The position numbers and the translations under genes were made by a program. The notes beneath the pieces are model-generated. The model was not told the origin of the DNA. It searched no databases and was given only the letters and a program-made list of their open reading frames with translations. A stretch of 64,000 nt of DNA from contig JBHLNF010000014.1 in assembly GCA_048937405.1 (NCBI GenBank), forward strand, positions 9,546-73,545. Reading direction: 5' to 3'. The DNA comes from Promethearchaeota archaeon (GTDB taxonomy: Archaea; Asgardarchaeota; Lokiarchaeia; Sigyniarchaeales; SOKP01). Every line of letters starts with the position of its first letter. The stretch's first letter is position 1. Shown one piece after another: positions 28,115 through 38,819 of this stretch.

Positions 28115-28597
28115 ATGCTAATGAAGAATTTTAAAATACCTTATAATCTCAAACCAACTAATCCAATTGAAGAATTTGTTGAAGTAAAAGAAAGTGAAAT
28201 TCATGGATTAGGATTGTTTGCCAAGATGAATATTCCAAAAGGAACAATTTGGTGGCATGCTCGTCCACAAGATGTACTAATTATAACAAAACATCAATTT
28301 TTAGTTCTTGATTCATCTCAGAAATCTAAAACATTGAACGATTTTTTACATCACTTATTGACCTATTCTTATTATGATAAATATCTTGATTCTTTAATAT
28401 TATGTCTAGATAATTCAAGATTCGTAAACCATTCTTTTAATGCTAATTCTGGGGCATCTGAGAATGAAAATGGATTTTATGCCGTTGCGATAAAAGATAT
28501 TCCACCAGGGAAGGAAATTACAGAGGACTATACTAAATATTCTTTATGTGATTGGCTAAAAAAGTATAAGGAATATTTTGATCCTTGTTGTTGGTAA
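28115..28597 (+). CDS. SET-domain protein (putative lysine methyltransferase)
   Basis: SEIHGLGLFA, RFVNHS, DIPPGKEITEDY, Cys-rich tail (C...PCCW). Confidence 0.85.
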   Translation: MLMKNFKIPYNLKPTNPIEEFVEVKESEIHGLGLFAKMNIPKGTIWWHARPQDVLIITKHQFLVLDSSQKSKTLNDFLHHLLTYSYYDKYLDSLILCLDNSRFVNHSFNANSGASENENGFYAVAIKDIPPGKEITEDYTKYSLCDWLKKYKEYFDPCCW

Positions 28598-28736
28598 AAA
28601 TATTCTTAAAAATCTATTAAAAATTCACTAGAAAATCATAAGACGAAAATAAAATAGTTTCCAATTACTCAACTTTTTCTGTATGAAATTAAACAAATAG
28701 AAAGGATTTCTAAATAACTAAAAAAATAAAAAAAAG

Positions 28737-30527
28737 CTATTCTGTTTCTACTAAATTTTCCAATTCATCTATCTTATCCGAGAGATATTTGAGTCCCTTT
28801 TCCCAAAATGTAGAATCATTTAAATTAATATTAATTTCAGATAGCATCTCCTCTGGTGAAAGTGAACTCCCTAATGAAAGTAATTTCAAATATTTTGGAA
28901 CAAAATCCTCTTTCTGTTCAAGATACATTTGATATAGTGAAATTACTAGAAGATTTGACATGTTATAAGCATATACATAGAACGGGGTGGTTATAAAATG
29001 AGGAACAACAAAGATATAATTTGCATATTCTTCTCGGATATTAGTCATAGAGTTTCCAAACATTAGTTCCATTTCAGTTGCAAAAATATCTTTTATTTCT
29101 TCTGTTGTAGGTAATTTCTTTTCTAACAATCCATGAATGCTTTTTTCAAACCTATAAAAAGCATTTTGTCTATGCGAAGTTGCAAACTTTGATTCAATAA
29201 AATCACATAATAATGAAACTTTTTCTTCTCTTGTTAAATCGGTATTCATTAAATAATCAAATATTAAAATTTCATTAAATACAGAAGCAATTTCGGCGAC
29301 TACGAGTGAAGTTTCAATATTTATAAAATTTTGTTCTTGTTGGATGTAATAAGCATGAAAAGCATGACCGAGTTCATGAGCTAAAGCCCGTACTGAATCT
29401 ACTGTATCAACAAAATTAGCGAAAACGAATCCATATTGCTTTTGTTTTCCATGTGAACAAAAAGCACCCCTATTTTTTCCCTTTCTTGGAGTAGCATCAA
29501 TATGTTTTATTTCAACCATCTTTTCTATAATTTTTTTAAATTCTGGAATAAATTTTTCGTCAGCATCTTTTATTAGAGTCAACGCTTCTTGGTATGAATA
29601 TTTTCTTGTTATTTTCCCAACTGGTGCATATAAATCTGATATATGTAATTCAGGAAGATTTAGCAATTGTTTCTTTATATTGTAATATTTTTCAACTATG
29701 GGATTACTCTCTGTAGTGACTCTTCCACAAACTTCGACGCTCTCATCACTAACTTCATTTTCTAAATTTCTTCTAGAGATAGGGTTTTTGAAATTTCTTT
29801 TGGTGCATTCTAAATCCCAATCCCTTAAGATGTTGTTATATATGTGGGTGAAAATCATTTCATTTCTCTTGTATTTCGCTATAATTGCTTGTAGAGCTTT
29901 ATATCGAAGATCCCTGTTCTCTTGATACATATGCGCAAAAATTTCTGCTTCAGTCAGTTTCCTTATTTCACCATTAACTTCAAAATCAAACAGGAAATTA
30001 CTTTTAAATTCACTATAAAGTTTTAGAAAACCCTTAACACCTGTTATATCTTTCATCAAAATGATTTGTTCCTCATCTTCGGAAAGTTGATATATTTTTT
30101 TCATCCTATTGAATTTGAGAGCATGAGTATAACTTTTTAATTCTGGTGAATTTATCAATTCCTTAAACTTGTTATCAGAGATTTTGTTTAATTCCAAATT
30201 AAAAAATAAGAGTTTTTGTCGAATTTTAACCCTAAACTCATCAATTTTTGCATGAAAAGTCTTTATATCATCATCAAGATTATTTATTCTTAACAATAAT
30301 TCGGCATATAATTCAATATAAAACGTTTTTTCAGAAACATTTTCATATTCTATAAACCAATCTAAGACCTGCTTTGGTGTAAGTGAAGGATCTTCTAACT
30401 TACCTTTAGCATTTTGACGAAATTCTTCTGCTAATTTTTCTATATTTTGGATATCTGTTTCAATTAATGGATCATTAATATCTTTATAGAAATCACTTAA
30501 GTTCCATTTAATGATTTCTTGTATCAT
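28737..30527 (-). CDS. pepF: Oligoendopeptidase F (M3B)
   Basis: WNLSDFY, KNRGAFC, HELGH, AEIASVFNE, PFYVYAY. Confidence 0.92.
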   Translation of the reverse strand: MIQEIIKWNLSDFYKDINDPLIETDIQNIEKLAEEFRQNAKGKLEDPSLTPKQVLDWFIEYENVSEKTFYIELYAELLLRINNLDDDIKTFHAKIDEFRVKIRQKLLFFNLELNKISDNKFKELINSPELKSYTHALKFNRMKKIYQLSEDEEQIILMKDITGVKGFLKLYSEFKSNFLFDFEVNGEIRKLTEAEIFAHMYQENRDLRYKALQAIIAKYKRNEMIFTHIYNNILRDWDLECTKRNFKNPISRRNLENEVSDESVEVCGRVTTESNPIVEKYYNIKKQLLNLPELHISDLYAPVGKITRKYSYQEALTLIKDADEKFIPEFKKIIEKMVEIKHIDATPRKGKNRGAFCSHGKQKQYGFVFANFVDTVDSVRALAHELGHAFHAYYIQQEQNFINIETSLVVAEIASVFNEILIFDYLMNTDLTREEKVSLLCDFIESKFATSHRQNAFYRFEKSIHGLLEKKLPTTEEIKDIFATEMELMFGNSMTNIREEYANYIFVVPHFITTPFYVYAYNMSNLLVISLYQMYLEQKEDFVPKYLKLLSLGSSLSPEEMLSEININLNDSTFWEKGLKYLSDKIDELENLVETE

Positions 30528-30649
30528 AAAAGAGAAAGTAAACTACAATTATTTGAAGTTTACTATGATTCAATTATAGTTTTTATAATTATAAATATAA
30601 TTATATGTACGATTTTCTTTAATTTCTCTTAGAGAATAAAGATATTATA

Positions 30650-30889
30650 ATGAGTTTTAAAAAAGGGATGTCAAAACCTACTAAATGGATTTATTTAATT
30701 GTTATTTTAATTTATACTAATACCTTTTGGATTTTTGATACGGTGAATTCTTATAGAAGTGGAATAAATCTTTGGATTCCAATAATTTTCATTGTTGCCC
30801 AAATATCCATATTTTTAATTTATCATTACGCCACGAAGGATTATTTTAGTAAGAAATTGGAAAAACAAAATAAAAATCCTCTATTATAA
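30650..30889 (+). CDS. Small two-TM membrane protein
   Basis: 79 aa with two hydrophobic segments. Confidence 0.55.
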   Translation: MSFKKGMSKPTKWIYLIVILIYTNTFWIFDTVNSYRSGINLWIPIIFIVAQISIFLIYHYATKDYFSKKLEKQNKNPLL

Positions 30890-31024
30890 CTTGAAGTAAA
30901 TAATTATTTAAGGTTATATAACTATTTTCTTATTAGTAACTGATAATACATAATATTATTGAAAAAGGATTACTCATTCTCATCAAATAAATGCAAAATA
31001 ATAATATATTGGAGGAGTGAATCT

Positions 31025-31267
31025 ATGATTAATATTAATGACCTAATATCTATCGAACCAGATGTATGTTTTGACAAGCCATATATTAAAGGTACACGAA
31101 TTAAGGTAAGCTTTATTTTAGAATTAGTCTCTTCCGGTTGGACTATTGAAGAGATTTTACAAGAATATGATCATTTATCTCGGGAACAAGTTAATGCTTG
31201 TTTAATTTATGTTGGATATATTGTAGACAATTATAATGGAAAAATGGAAATCTCCAATGAAATATAA
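31025..31267 (+). CDS. DUF433-family antitoxin
   Basis: ISIEPDVCFDKPYIKGTRI...GWTIEEILQEY..L; SD GGAGGAG upstream of ATG 31025, which is preferred over the 30959 start. Confidence 0.85.
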   Translation: MININDLISIEPDVCFDKPYIKGTRIKVSFILELVSSGWTIEEILQEYDHLSREQVNACLIYVGYIVDNYNGKMEISNEI

Positions 31268-31334
31268 ATTCTTTTGTGATGAAAATATACAAATCATGTT
31301 GAAATATCTAGTATATGATTATTTTTTAGAATGA
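31257..31334 (+). pseudogene. Truncated DUF5615/PIN-like toxin remnant
   Basis: Overlaps the DUF433 3' end and reads MKYKFFCDENI (like MKFLLDENL), then stops after 25 aa. Confidence 0.6.
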
Positions 31335-31377
31335 ATAATTCAAATCTTTAAGAATCAAGCTAAACAGGGAATTAATT

Positions 31378-32280
31378 ATGTTAAAGGGAATACATTTTCT
31401 GCTAACTTATACATGCAATTATTCATGTGATCACTGCTTTTTATATTGCAGTCCAAACTCAAAAGGAACTTTTTCATTAACTCAAATAAAACAAGTCCTT
31501 GGGGAAGCATTAAAAATAGGAACAGTTGAATGGGTTTATTTTGAGGGAGGGGAACCATTCCTCTATTATCCTTTAATGATTGAAGGCATTAAACTCGCGA
31601 ATAAAATGGGATTTAAAACAGGAGTAGTTACTAATTCATATTGGGCAACTAATGTTGAAGATGCATTAATTTGGCTTAAACCCTTCTCAGAAATTGGAAT
31701 TAATGAAATTAGTATAAGTGATGATAGTTTTCATTTTGGTGATGAAGAATTAAATTTGGCTAAAAATGCTCGAAGAGCAGTGGAAAATCTAAACATTTCT
31801 TCAACTTCAATTTGCATTAATGAGCCTACTGTAGAGGAGGGGATTGTTAAAAACCATGAAAAAGGGGAACCTGTTATAAAGGGAGGAGCAATGTTTAGAG
31901 GGAGAGCTGTTGAAACCTTAATAGATGGATTACCTAAAAAATCATGGGAGGATTTAAAAAAATGTCCTTATGAAGACCTTGAAGGTCTTGGAAGAGTTCA
32001 CGTAGATTCATTTGGTAATGTACAAATCTGTCAAGGATTAAGCATTGGAAATATGTGGGAGACATCTCTTTCAGAATTGATCAAAAAATATGATGCATTT
32101 ACCCATCCTATTTGTGGACCTTTAATTAAAGGCGGTCCTTCTGAACTAGTTAGAGAATATAAAGTTGACCATGAAGAAGAATATGTTGATGAATGTCATC
32201 TTTGTTATCTTGCTAGAATACATTTAATTAATAAATTTCCACAGTATCTTACACCTGTTCAAGTATATGGATTAGATTAG
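31378..32280 (+). CDS. Radical SAM protein with C-terminal Cys cluster (SPASM-like)
   Basis: CNYSCDHC, EGGEP, CPY...VQICQG...ECHLC. Confidence 0.9.
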   Translation: MLKGIHFLLTYTCNYSCDHCFLYCSPNSKGTFSLTQIKQVLGEALKIGTVEWVYFEGGEPFLYYPLMIEGIKLANKMGFKTGVVTNSYWATNVEDALIWLKPFSEIGINEISISDDSFHFGDEELNLAKNARRAVENLNISSTSICINEPTVEEGIVKNHEKGEPVIKGGAMFRGRAVETLIDGLPKKSWEDLKKCPYEDLEGLGRVHVDSFGNVQICQGLSIGNMWETSLSELIKKYDAFTHPICGPLIKGGPSELVREYKVDHEEEYVDECHLCYLARIHLINKFPQYLTPVQVYGLD

Positions 32281-32454
32281 CTTTTTATATCTCTACAAAA
32301 TAATTTTGCACATTATTAGAAGGAAACATGTCAATAGATTCTTCATTATCCTATTCTATACCAAAGTGTTAAATATAATTTGTTTTGTTTTATATTGGTA
32401 TAAGAAAATTCTCATAATTACATTTTTAAGAAAAAATATAGTAGAGGATTTATT

Positions 32455-35400
32455 TTGATTGAAATGGGGGAAAATCAATCTGATAATACAGTAAATTTAT
32501 TTAAAACTATTTATAATGATTCTCCAATTGGAATTGAGATCTATGATTTGAATGGAAAATTAATTGATGTAAATCAATCATGCTTGGAATTATTTGGTGT
32601 ATATAGTAAAGACGATATTAAAGGATTTAATCTCTTAGATGATCCAAATGTCCCCAAAAAGTATTTAACAAAATTAAAACAAGGAGAATCAGTAAGATAT
32701 GAAAGTATATTTGATTTTGATTTAGTAAAAAGTTATAATTTATACAAAACTGCAAAATCAGGTAAAATCTATCTCGATGTTCTGATTACACCTTTGTTTC
32801 TTACAGAAGATAAGTCTATCAGTAATTATTTAGTTCAAGTTCGAGATATCTCAGCTCAAAAAATAGCGGAACAGAAATTGATATTATTTAATGAGGAGTT
32901 AGAAAAGAAAATACAAGATAAAATTAAAGAATTAAAGAAATTGGAAGCAAATTGGCGTGTTTTGGTAGAGGAAGCCCCAGATATAATCTTAACAGTAGAT
33001 CGTAGTGGATATATTTTATATATTAATAGAGATTTCCTTGTAAAAACAAGAGAGGATGTAATTGGAACAAATGTGCTGGACTATATAAATACTAAACATC
33101 ATGAGATAGTCAAAAAATCAATAGAAAAAGTATTTCAAACTGGAGAACCTGGGTATTATGAGATTTGTAGCATTGAACCTAACAATGATAAGGTATGGTA
33201 TTCAACTCGTCTCGGAGCGATTAAAGAAGGTGAGGAAGTTAAATCAGTTATGGTATTGGCAAGAGAGATTACTGAAAAAAAAAAGGTAGAACAGAAATTA
33301 AGAGAATCTGAAGAAAAATTTAAAATTCTTACTGAACAATCCTTAATGGGTATTGGAATCCTCCAAGATGGATTGGTTAAATATGCCTCTAAAAAACTTG
33401 CTGATATCTATGGATTTTCAATTGAAGAGATATTGAATTTTGAACCTAACAGATTTTTAAGCTTAATTGATCCTGAGTTTCTGGAGCTTGTGAGAGCCCA
33501 ATCAAGAAAGAAACAATTAGGAGATGAAGATGTCATCACTAATTATGAACATAAAATAATTAAAAAGACAGGAGAAAAAAGATGGGTAGAAAATTATTCA
33601 AAATCAATCAATTATAAAGGCAAACCGGCAGATCTAGTTATAAACTTAGATATTACTGAACGTAAGAAAGCCGAAAATAAGTTACGAGAAAGTAAGCAAT
33701 TACTACAAACAACTTTATATAATCTTCAGGATGCAATATTTATTTTAGATGATAAAATTCCTCCTAAAGTTATTGATTGTAACCCAGCTTCGAAAAAAAT
33801 TTTTGGATATTTACAAAGTGAACTTATTGGCAGCACAACTGCACTCTTACATGTTGATGATAATTCTCTAAAAACATTCCAAACATTAGTTCTCCCTAAA
33901 CTCCAAGAACATGGCAATATTCAAAATTTTGAATATAAAATGAAAAGGAAAGATGGAACTATATTTCCTACTGAACATGCGATTAGTGAGTTCAGAAATG
34001 AAAAAGGTGAAAAGTTTGGATTGGTTAGTTTAGTAAGAGATATTACTACGCGCAAAAAATTTGAAGAAAAGATTCATTATCAGGCAAAACTTGTTGATGA
34101 GGTATCTGATGCTATTATATCTACGGATTTAAATTTTAATATTATCACCTGGAATAAAGCAGCAGAATCAATATATGGATGGAGTGAGAAAGAAGCAATT
34201 AGAAAAAATATTAGTGCTATTATACCAGCGACATATCCTTATAATAAAGAAAAAGATGTAATTAAAAAATTATTGGAAGAGGGTTTCTGGAAGGGAGAAG
34301 TTGTTCAATATAATAGAGAATGTTTACCATTAATTATTCTTTCTTCAGTTTCAATGATTAAAGATATAAAAGGAGATCCTACTGGTATCGTAGTTATTAA
34401 TCATGATATTACAGAATATAAGATAGCAGAGGAAAAGATCAGAGAATCAGAAAAAAAGATATTGGATTTAATTGAATCTGTTCCGGTTGGGATTTCTATT
34501 ACAACTCCAGAAGGAAATATTATTGAATGTAATTCAAATGCTGTTCGACTCTTTGGTTATAATTCAAAAGAAGAATTTATGGATACTCTTGTTATTGAAT
34601 TATACCATTCACCTAATGATAGGGATAATTTTCTTGAATTACATAAAAATGGAATGGTTAATAATCTTGAAATTCAGTTTAGACGAAAAAATGGCTCAAG
34701 CTTTTGGGGATCGCTTAATTCAATTGCACATAATATAGGAAATCAAACTTATTTTATTAATTCCTTTCAAGATATAACAGAACGAAAAGAAGCTGAACTT
34801 AGAATTCAGCAGAGTGAAGAAAAATATCGTAGTTTATTTAATAATGCACCGTTCGCAATAGTTCTCTTCAATATTGAAGGATATATCTTAGATTGTAATG
34901 ATGCAACCTTTAAGATTACGGGTTATCAAAAAGATGAATTGATTGGAAAGAATTTTAAAGAATTTGATTTTTATATTGATATCCGAAATGCCGATATTGA
35001 AAAGCGTAAGGAAGAAATTAAACAAGGAAAGGTTCCAAAACCTAGAGAAATTCTTCTTAAAAATAAAGATCGAGTTGAATTTTGGGCCCGTACTTACCTT
35101 GAATTCATATATTTGGGTACTGAAACCTATATTCAAGCTATTATACAAGATATATCAGATCAAAAAAGAGCTGAGCAGAAATTAAAGGATTCAGAAGAAA
35201 AATATCGAAACATATCAAATCAGTATAAAATGTTATTAGAATCTATAATGGATGGCGTTTACGCTTTAAATAGAGATTGGGAATATATTCTTGTTAATAA
35301 AAATGCTGAAAGTCTTATTAATATACCCATTAACAAATTATTAGGAAATAAAATATTCGATGTTTTTCCTGGTATTGAGAAAACAACTTTTTTTAAAGTT

Positions 35401-37428
35401 TATGATAATGTTATGAAAACTAGAAATTCTGAGCGTGTTATTGATTCTTTTATACTCCCAGATGGTAAACAAGGATATTTTGAAGTAAATGTTTATCCCA
35501 TAAAAGAGGGGATATTATGTATAGGAAGGAATGTCACTGAAGAGAAACAAATCGAGAAAAAGCTAAAACAATCTGAAGAGAGGTTAAAATACCTTGTTTC
35601 TTCAAGTCCCTCTGTAATTTACAGTTCTAAAACATCAGGTAATTATGGAACTACATTCATGAGTGATAATGTTGAAAAAATGTGGGGATATAGTTCTGAT
35701 CTCTTTCTAAATGATTCAGATTTCTGGATTGAACATGTTCATCCAGAAGATAAAGAAAATGTATTTGATATTCTCTCAAAATTATTTGAAAAGGAACACA
35801 TAGTTTTTCAATATCGATTCAAACTTAATGATGGAACTTATCATTGGATGCGGGATGAAATTATGTTAATTCGAGATGATTCTGGTAATCCAGTAGAAAC
35901 AATAGGATCAGTTATTGACATTGACGATAGGGTTAAAGCTGAGCAAAAGTTAATTAAGTCAGAAGAAAAATATCGCACATTGATTAATAATATTCCTGGG
36001 ATGATTTATAGAGGAAATCCTGATTGGACTGTACAGTTTATCTCTAATAGTGAAATAATTTCAGGATATAGAGAGGAAGATTTTAATTCTCAAGAAATAA
36101 ATTGGATCCATATTATTCATCCAAAAGACAGAGATGCTATAATTAAGGAAGGAAATCTTATGAATGAAAATCCAATATCATTATCACAGGTTTATAGAAT
36201 TATCACCAAAAATGGAGTTATTAAATGGGTAAATGATTATAAATCATCCTATTTTGATGAGAAAGGAAGTTTTTGTGGTGTTGATGGGGTTGTTTATGAT
36301 ATTACTGCTCGTAAAAAAGTAGAGCAGGAATTAAAGGAATCAGAAGAAAAATTCAGAACTATAGCTGAACAGTCTACATTAGGAATATTTATTCAACAAG
36401 ATGATGAGATAAAATTTGTTAATAAAGCATTTTCGGAAATTATAGAGTATCCAATGGAAGAGATTAATAGATGGAAAGCGAGAGATATATTAAAAGTTGT
36501 ATATCAGGAAGATTTACAAAGAGTGAAAGAAAAAGGGCGATTACGAGAGGAAAATGACTATGATGAGATTATCAACTATGAATGTAGAATATTAACAAAA
36601 TCAGAAAAAGTTAAATGGGTTGAAATTATGTCAAAAGCAATAAGATATCTCGGGAAGTACGCTTTATTAATTTCAGTGATAGATATAACAGCTAGAAAGA
36701 AAGTAGAAGAACAATTACTAGAGATAGGTAATTTAAAATCAGAGTTATTAAGTAGGACATCACACGAACTTAAAACACCATTAGTCTCAATAAAAGGTTA
36801 TACTGATTTATTATTGACTCAACATTATAGAATGCTAGATATTTATACTATCTCGGTTTTGAATGAAATAAAACAAGGTTGTCATCGTCTTGAGTCTTTA
36901 ATACAGGATCTTTTAGAAACTTCAAAACTAGAGTCTGAAGAGATAAAATTAAATAAGGAAGAAGAAGATTTAGCCTTTTTAATTAGATTTTGTATTAGAG
37001 ATTTAAGAGGTTTGTTAGAGGCCAGAAATCATGAATTGGTTTTAGATATTCAAAACAATATGTATACACTTATGGAGAAAGAGAGAATCTATGAAGTGAT
37101 CATGAATTTATTAAGTAATTCGATAAAATATACTCCTCCAAATGGGCAGATTCTAATCAAATCTGAAATAAAAGAGGATAAGTATTTGATATCAATAAAA
37201 GATAATGGTATTGGTTTAACTGAAAATGAGAAAATAAAAGTCTTTAAAAAATTTGGAAAAATCGAACGCTATGGTAAAGGAATGGATGTTGTATCAGAGG
37301 GTTCAGGATTAGGTCTATATATCTCAAAAAGAATAATAGATCTTCACGGTGGAGAAATTTGGGTTGATTCAGAAGGGAGAAATAAAGGATCTACTTTTTT
37401 CTTTTCTCTGCCAATAATAAAAAAATAA
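32455..37428 (+). CDS. Soluble sensor histidine kinase with ~11 PAS domains
   Basis: Repeated PAS/PAC units ending in DIT; SHELKTPL H-box, NLLSNSIKY, DNGIG, GSGLGL; no TM segment. Confidence 0.95.
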   Translation: MIEMGENQSDNTVNLFKTIYNDSPIGIEIYDLNGKLIDVNQSCLELFGVYSKDDIKGFNLLDDPNVPKKYLTKLKQGESVRYESIFDFDLVKSYNLYKTAKSGKIYLDVLITPLFLTEDKSISNYLVQVRDISAQKIAEQKLILFNEELEKKIQDKIKELKKLEANWRVLVEEAPDIILTVDRSGYILYINRDFLVKTREDVIGTNVLDYINTKHHEIVKKSIEKVFQTGEPGYYEICSIEPNNDKVWYSTRLGAIKEGEEVKSVMVLAREITEKKKVEQKLRESEEKFKILTEQSLMGIGILQDGLVKYASKKLADIYGFSIEEILNFEPNRFLSLIDPEFLELVRAQSRKKQLGDEDVITNYEHKIIKKTGEKRWVENYSKSINYKGKPADLVINLDITERKKAENKLRESKQLLQTTLYNLQDAIFILDDKIPPKVIDCNPASKKIFGYLQSELIGSTTALLHVDDNSLKTFQTLVLPKLQEHGNIQNFEYKMKRKDGTIFPTEHAISEFRNEKGEKFGLVSLVRDITTRKKFEEKIHYQAKLVDEVSDAIISTDLNFNIITWNKAAESIYGWSEKEAIRKNISAIIPATYPYNKEKDVIKKLLEEGFWKGEVVQYNRECLPLIILSSVSMIKDIKGDPTGIVVINHDITEYKIAEEKIRESEKKILDLIESVPVGISITTPEGNIIECNSNAVRLFGYNSKEEFMDTLVIELYHSPNDRDNFLELHKNGMVNNLEIQFRRKNGSSFWGSLNSIAHNIGNQTYFINSFQDITERKEAELRIQQSEEKYRSLFNNAPFAIVLFNIEGYILDCNDATFKITGYQKDELIGKNFKEFDFYIDIRNADIEKRKEEIKQGKVPKPREILLKNKDRVEFWARTYLEFIYLGTETYIQAIIQDISDQKRAEQKLKDSEEKYRNISNQYKMLLESIMDGVYALNRDWEYILVNKNAESLINIPINKLLGNKIFDVFPGIEKTTFFKVYDNVMKTRNSERVIDSFILPDGKQGYFEVNVYPIKEGILCIGRNVTEEKQIEKKLKQSEERLKYLVSSSPSVIYSSKTSGNYGTTFMSDNVEKMWGYSSDLFLNDSDFWIEHVHPEDKENVFDILSKLFEKEHIVFQYRFKLNDGTYHWMRDEIMLIRDDSGNPVETIGSVIDIDDRVKAEQKLIKSEEKYRTLINNIPGMIYRGNPDWTVQFISNSEIISGYREEDFNSQEINWIHIIHPKDRDAIIKEGNLMNENPISLSQVYRIITKNGVIKWVNDYKSSYFDEKGSFCGVDGVVYDITARKKVEQELKESEEKFRTIAEQSTLGIFIQQDDEIKFVNKAFSEIIEYPMEEINRWKARDILKVVYQEDLQRVKEKGRLREENDYDEIINYECRILTKSEKVKWVEIMSKAIRYLGKYALLISVIDITARKKVEEQLLEIGNLKSELLSRTSHELKTPLVSIKGYTDLLLTQHYRMLDIYTISVLNEIKQGCHRLESLIQDLLETSKLESEEIKLNKEEEDLAFLIRFCIRDLRGLLEARNHELVLDIQNNMYTLMEKERIYEVIMNLLSNSIKYTPPNGQILIKSEIKEDKYLISIKDNGIGLTENEKIKVFKKFGKIERYGKGMDVVSEGSGLGLYISKRIIDLHGGEIWVDSEGRNKGSTFFFSLPIIKK

Positions 37429-37608
37429 TTTTAGAATATTTTAACTGTTATTAAATTTTATAATGTTTCTCTTTTTGTTATTCCATCGTGAAAATATTAA
37501 CTTATAAAAGGATTCAAATACTCAAAATTTATTATTCTATTATAGTACTAAAAAAATACTTCTTTTAATATCAAAGAACCATAGATAAAAAGTTAAACTG
37601 AACAAAAA

Positions 37609-38802
37609 ATGGAATATGTTGATAAAAAAAAACTCCAAACTCTCTTTAAATGGTATATGCAAGAAGTGGGAGAAAGTTTAATCTCAGTTCTGGTTGTTGG
37701 ACGCGATGGATTAATAATTGAAATTTTAACTCGAGAGCCAGAAAAAAATGATGAAAAGAAATTTATAGGTGCTTTCAGCTCTTTAGTCGAATTAATATTA
37801 AAAAAGTTGACTCAAGAATTTGATCTTGGAACTTTTGGCGCCGGAACATTTGATACAGATAAATACAGGTTTATCTTTTGTGAATCGGGGTCTGATTATA
37901 TTTTAGTTTCTATCCTCAATCATGTTGCTTTAGTTGATGATATATTTCCATATACTTATTTAGCTGCTGAAAAGGTAGTAAGAATTATGGAGGGGGAGTT
38001 TCCAGTTAGTCCTGTGATTCCTAAAGTAAAGCGAAATACTGAACTTGAAAAGATTAAGCGAAAAATGGATTATTACCAAAATAAACCACACTCACCGGAA
38101 TATATTTACAAACTTTCTCTGATTGGAGATGGTGGTGTGGGTAAAACTAGTATGGCTCAGAGATATGTTCACGGAATTTTTAAAGCAGATTATAAAGCTA
38201 CTATTGGTACTTTCATTTCTAAAAAAGAATGCGAATTTAAAGAATTAGGGACTTCTGTTAGATTTATGATATGGGATCTAGCAGGACAAACTCAATTCGA
38301 ACGGTTATGGTCAGACTATTTAACAGATTCTCGTGCGGGAATAATTGTATTTGACATTACAAATAGAGAATCTTTTGAGCATGTCAAGAAATGGTATAAT
38401 ACCATTTCAAAAGTCGCATTACCTAATATTGTTTTGATACTAGTAGGAAATAAGATAGATCTAAATACATCTAGAATTGTTTCAACTGAAGAAGGTATGA
38501 ATTTAGCTAAAGATCTAGGAATACACTATATGGAGACATCAGCAAAAACGAATGAGAATATTGATGATGTTTTTGAGTGGACTGCTCTTCAAATCATCAA
38601 TAGGAATATTGAAGAAGAAAAAGAATCATTTGTTGACAAACAATTTGAAGAAGGGGCGGAATTTATTATTTCAAGTCCTCAATTAAAAGTATTGAATCAA
38701 TATTTTACAAAACAATTGGATTATTGCATCGGAAAAAGTGATACAGCAGAAACAATTAAATATTTAGATCTTTTAAAAGCAATAGGAAAAAAGAAATTAT
38801 AG
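37609..38802 (+). CDS. Roadblock/LC7-like domain fused to a Rab-like GTPase
   Basis: N-terminal VLVVGRDGLII...FIGAFSSLV roadblock pattern; GDGGVGKT, WDLAGQ, NKID, ETSAK. Confidence 0.85.
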   Translation: MEYVDKKKLQTLFKWYMQEVGESLISVLVVGRDGLIIEILTREPEKNDEKKFIGAFSSLVELILKKLTQEFDLGTFGAGTFDTDKYRFIFCESGSDYILVSILNHVALVDDIFPYTYLAAEKVVRIMEGEFPVSPVIPKVKRNTELEKIKRKMDYYQNKPHSPEYIYKLSLIGDGGVGKTSMAQRYVHGIFKADYKATIGTFISKKECEFKELGTSVRFMIWDLAGQTQFERLWSDYLTDSRAGIIVFDITNRESFEHVKKWYNTISKVALPNIVLILVGNKIDLNTSRIVSTEEGMNLAKDLGIHYMETSAKTNENIDDVFEWTALQIINRNIEEEKESFVDKQFEEGAEFIISSPQLKVLNQYFTKQLDYCIGKSDTAETIKYLDLLKAIGKKKL

Positions 38803-38819
38803 AGAATTCTATAATTATA

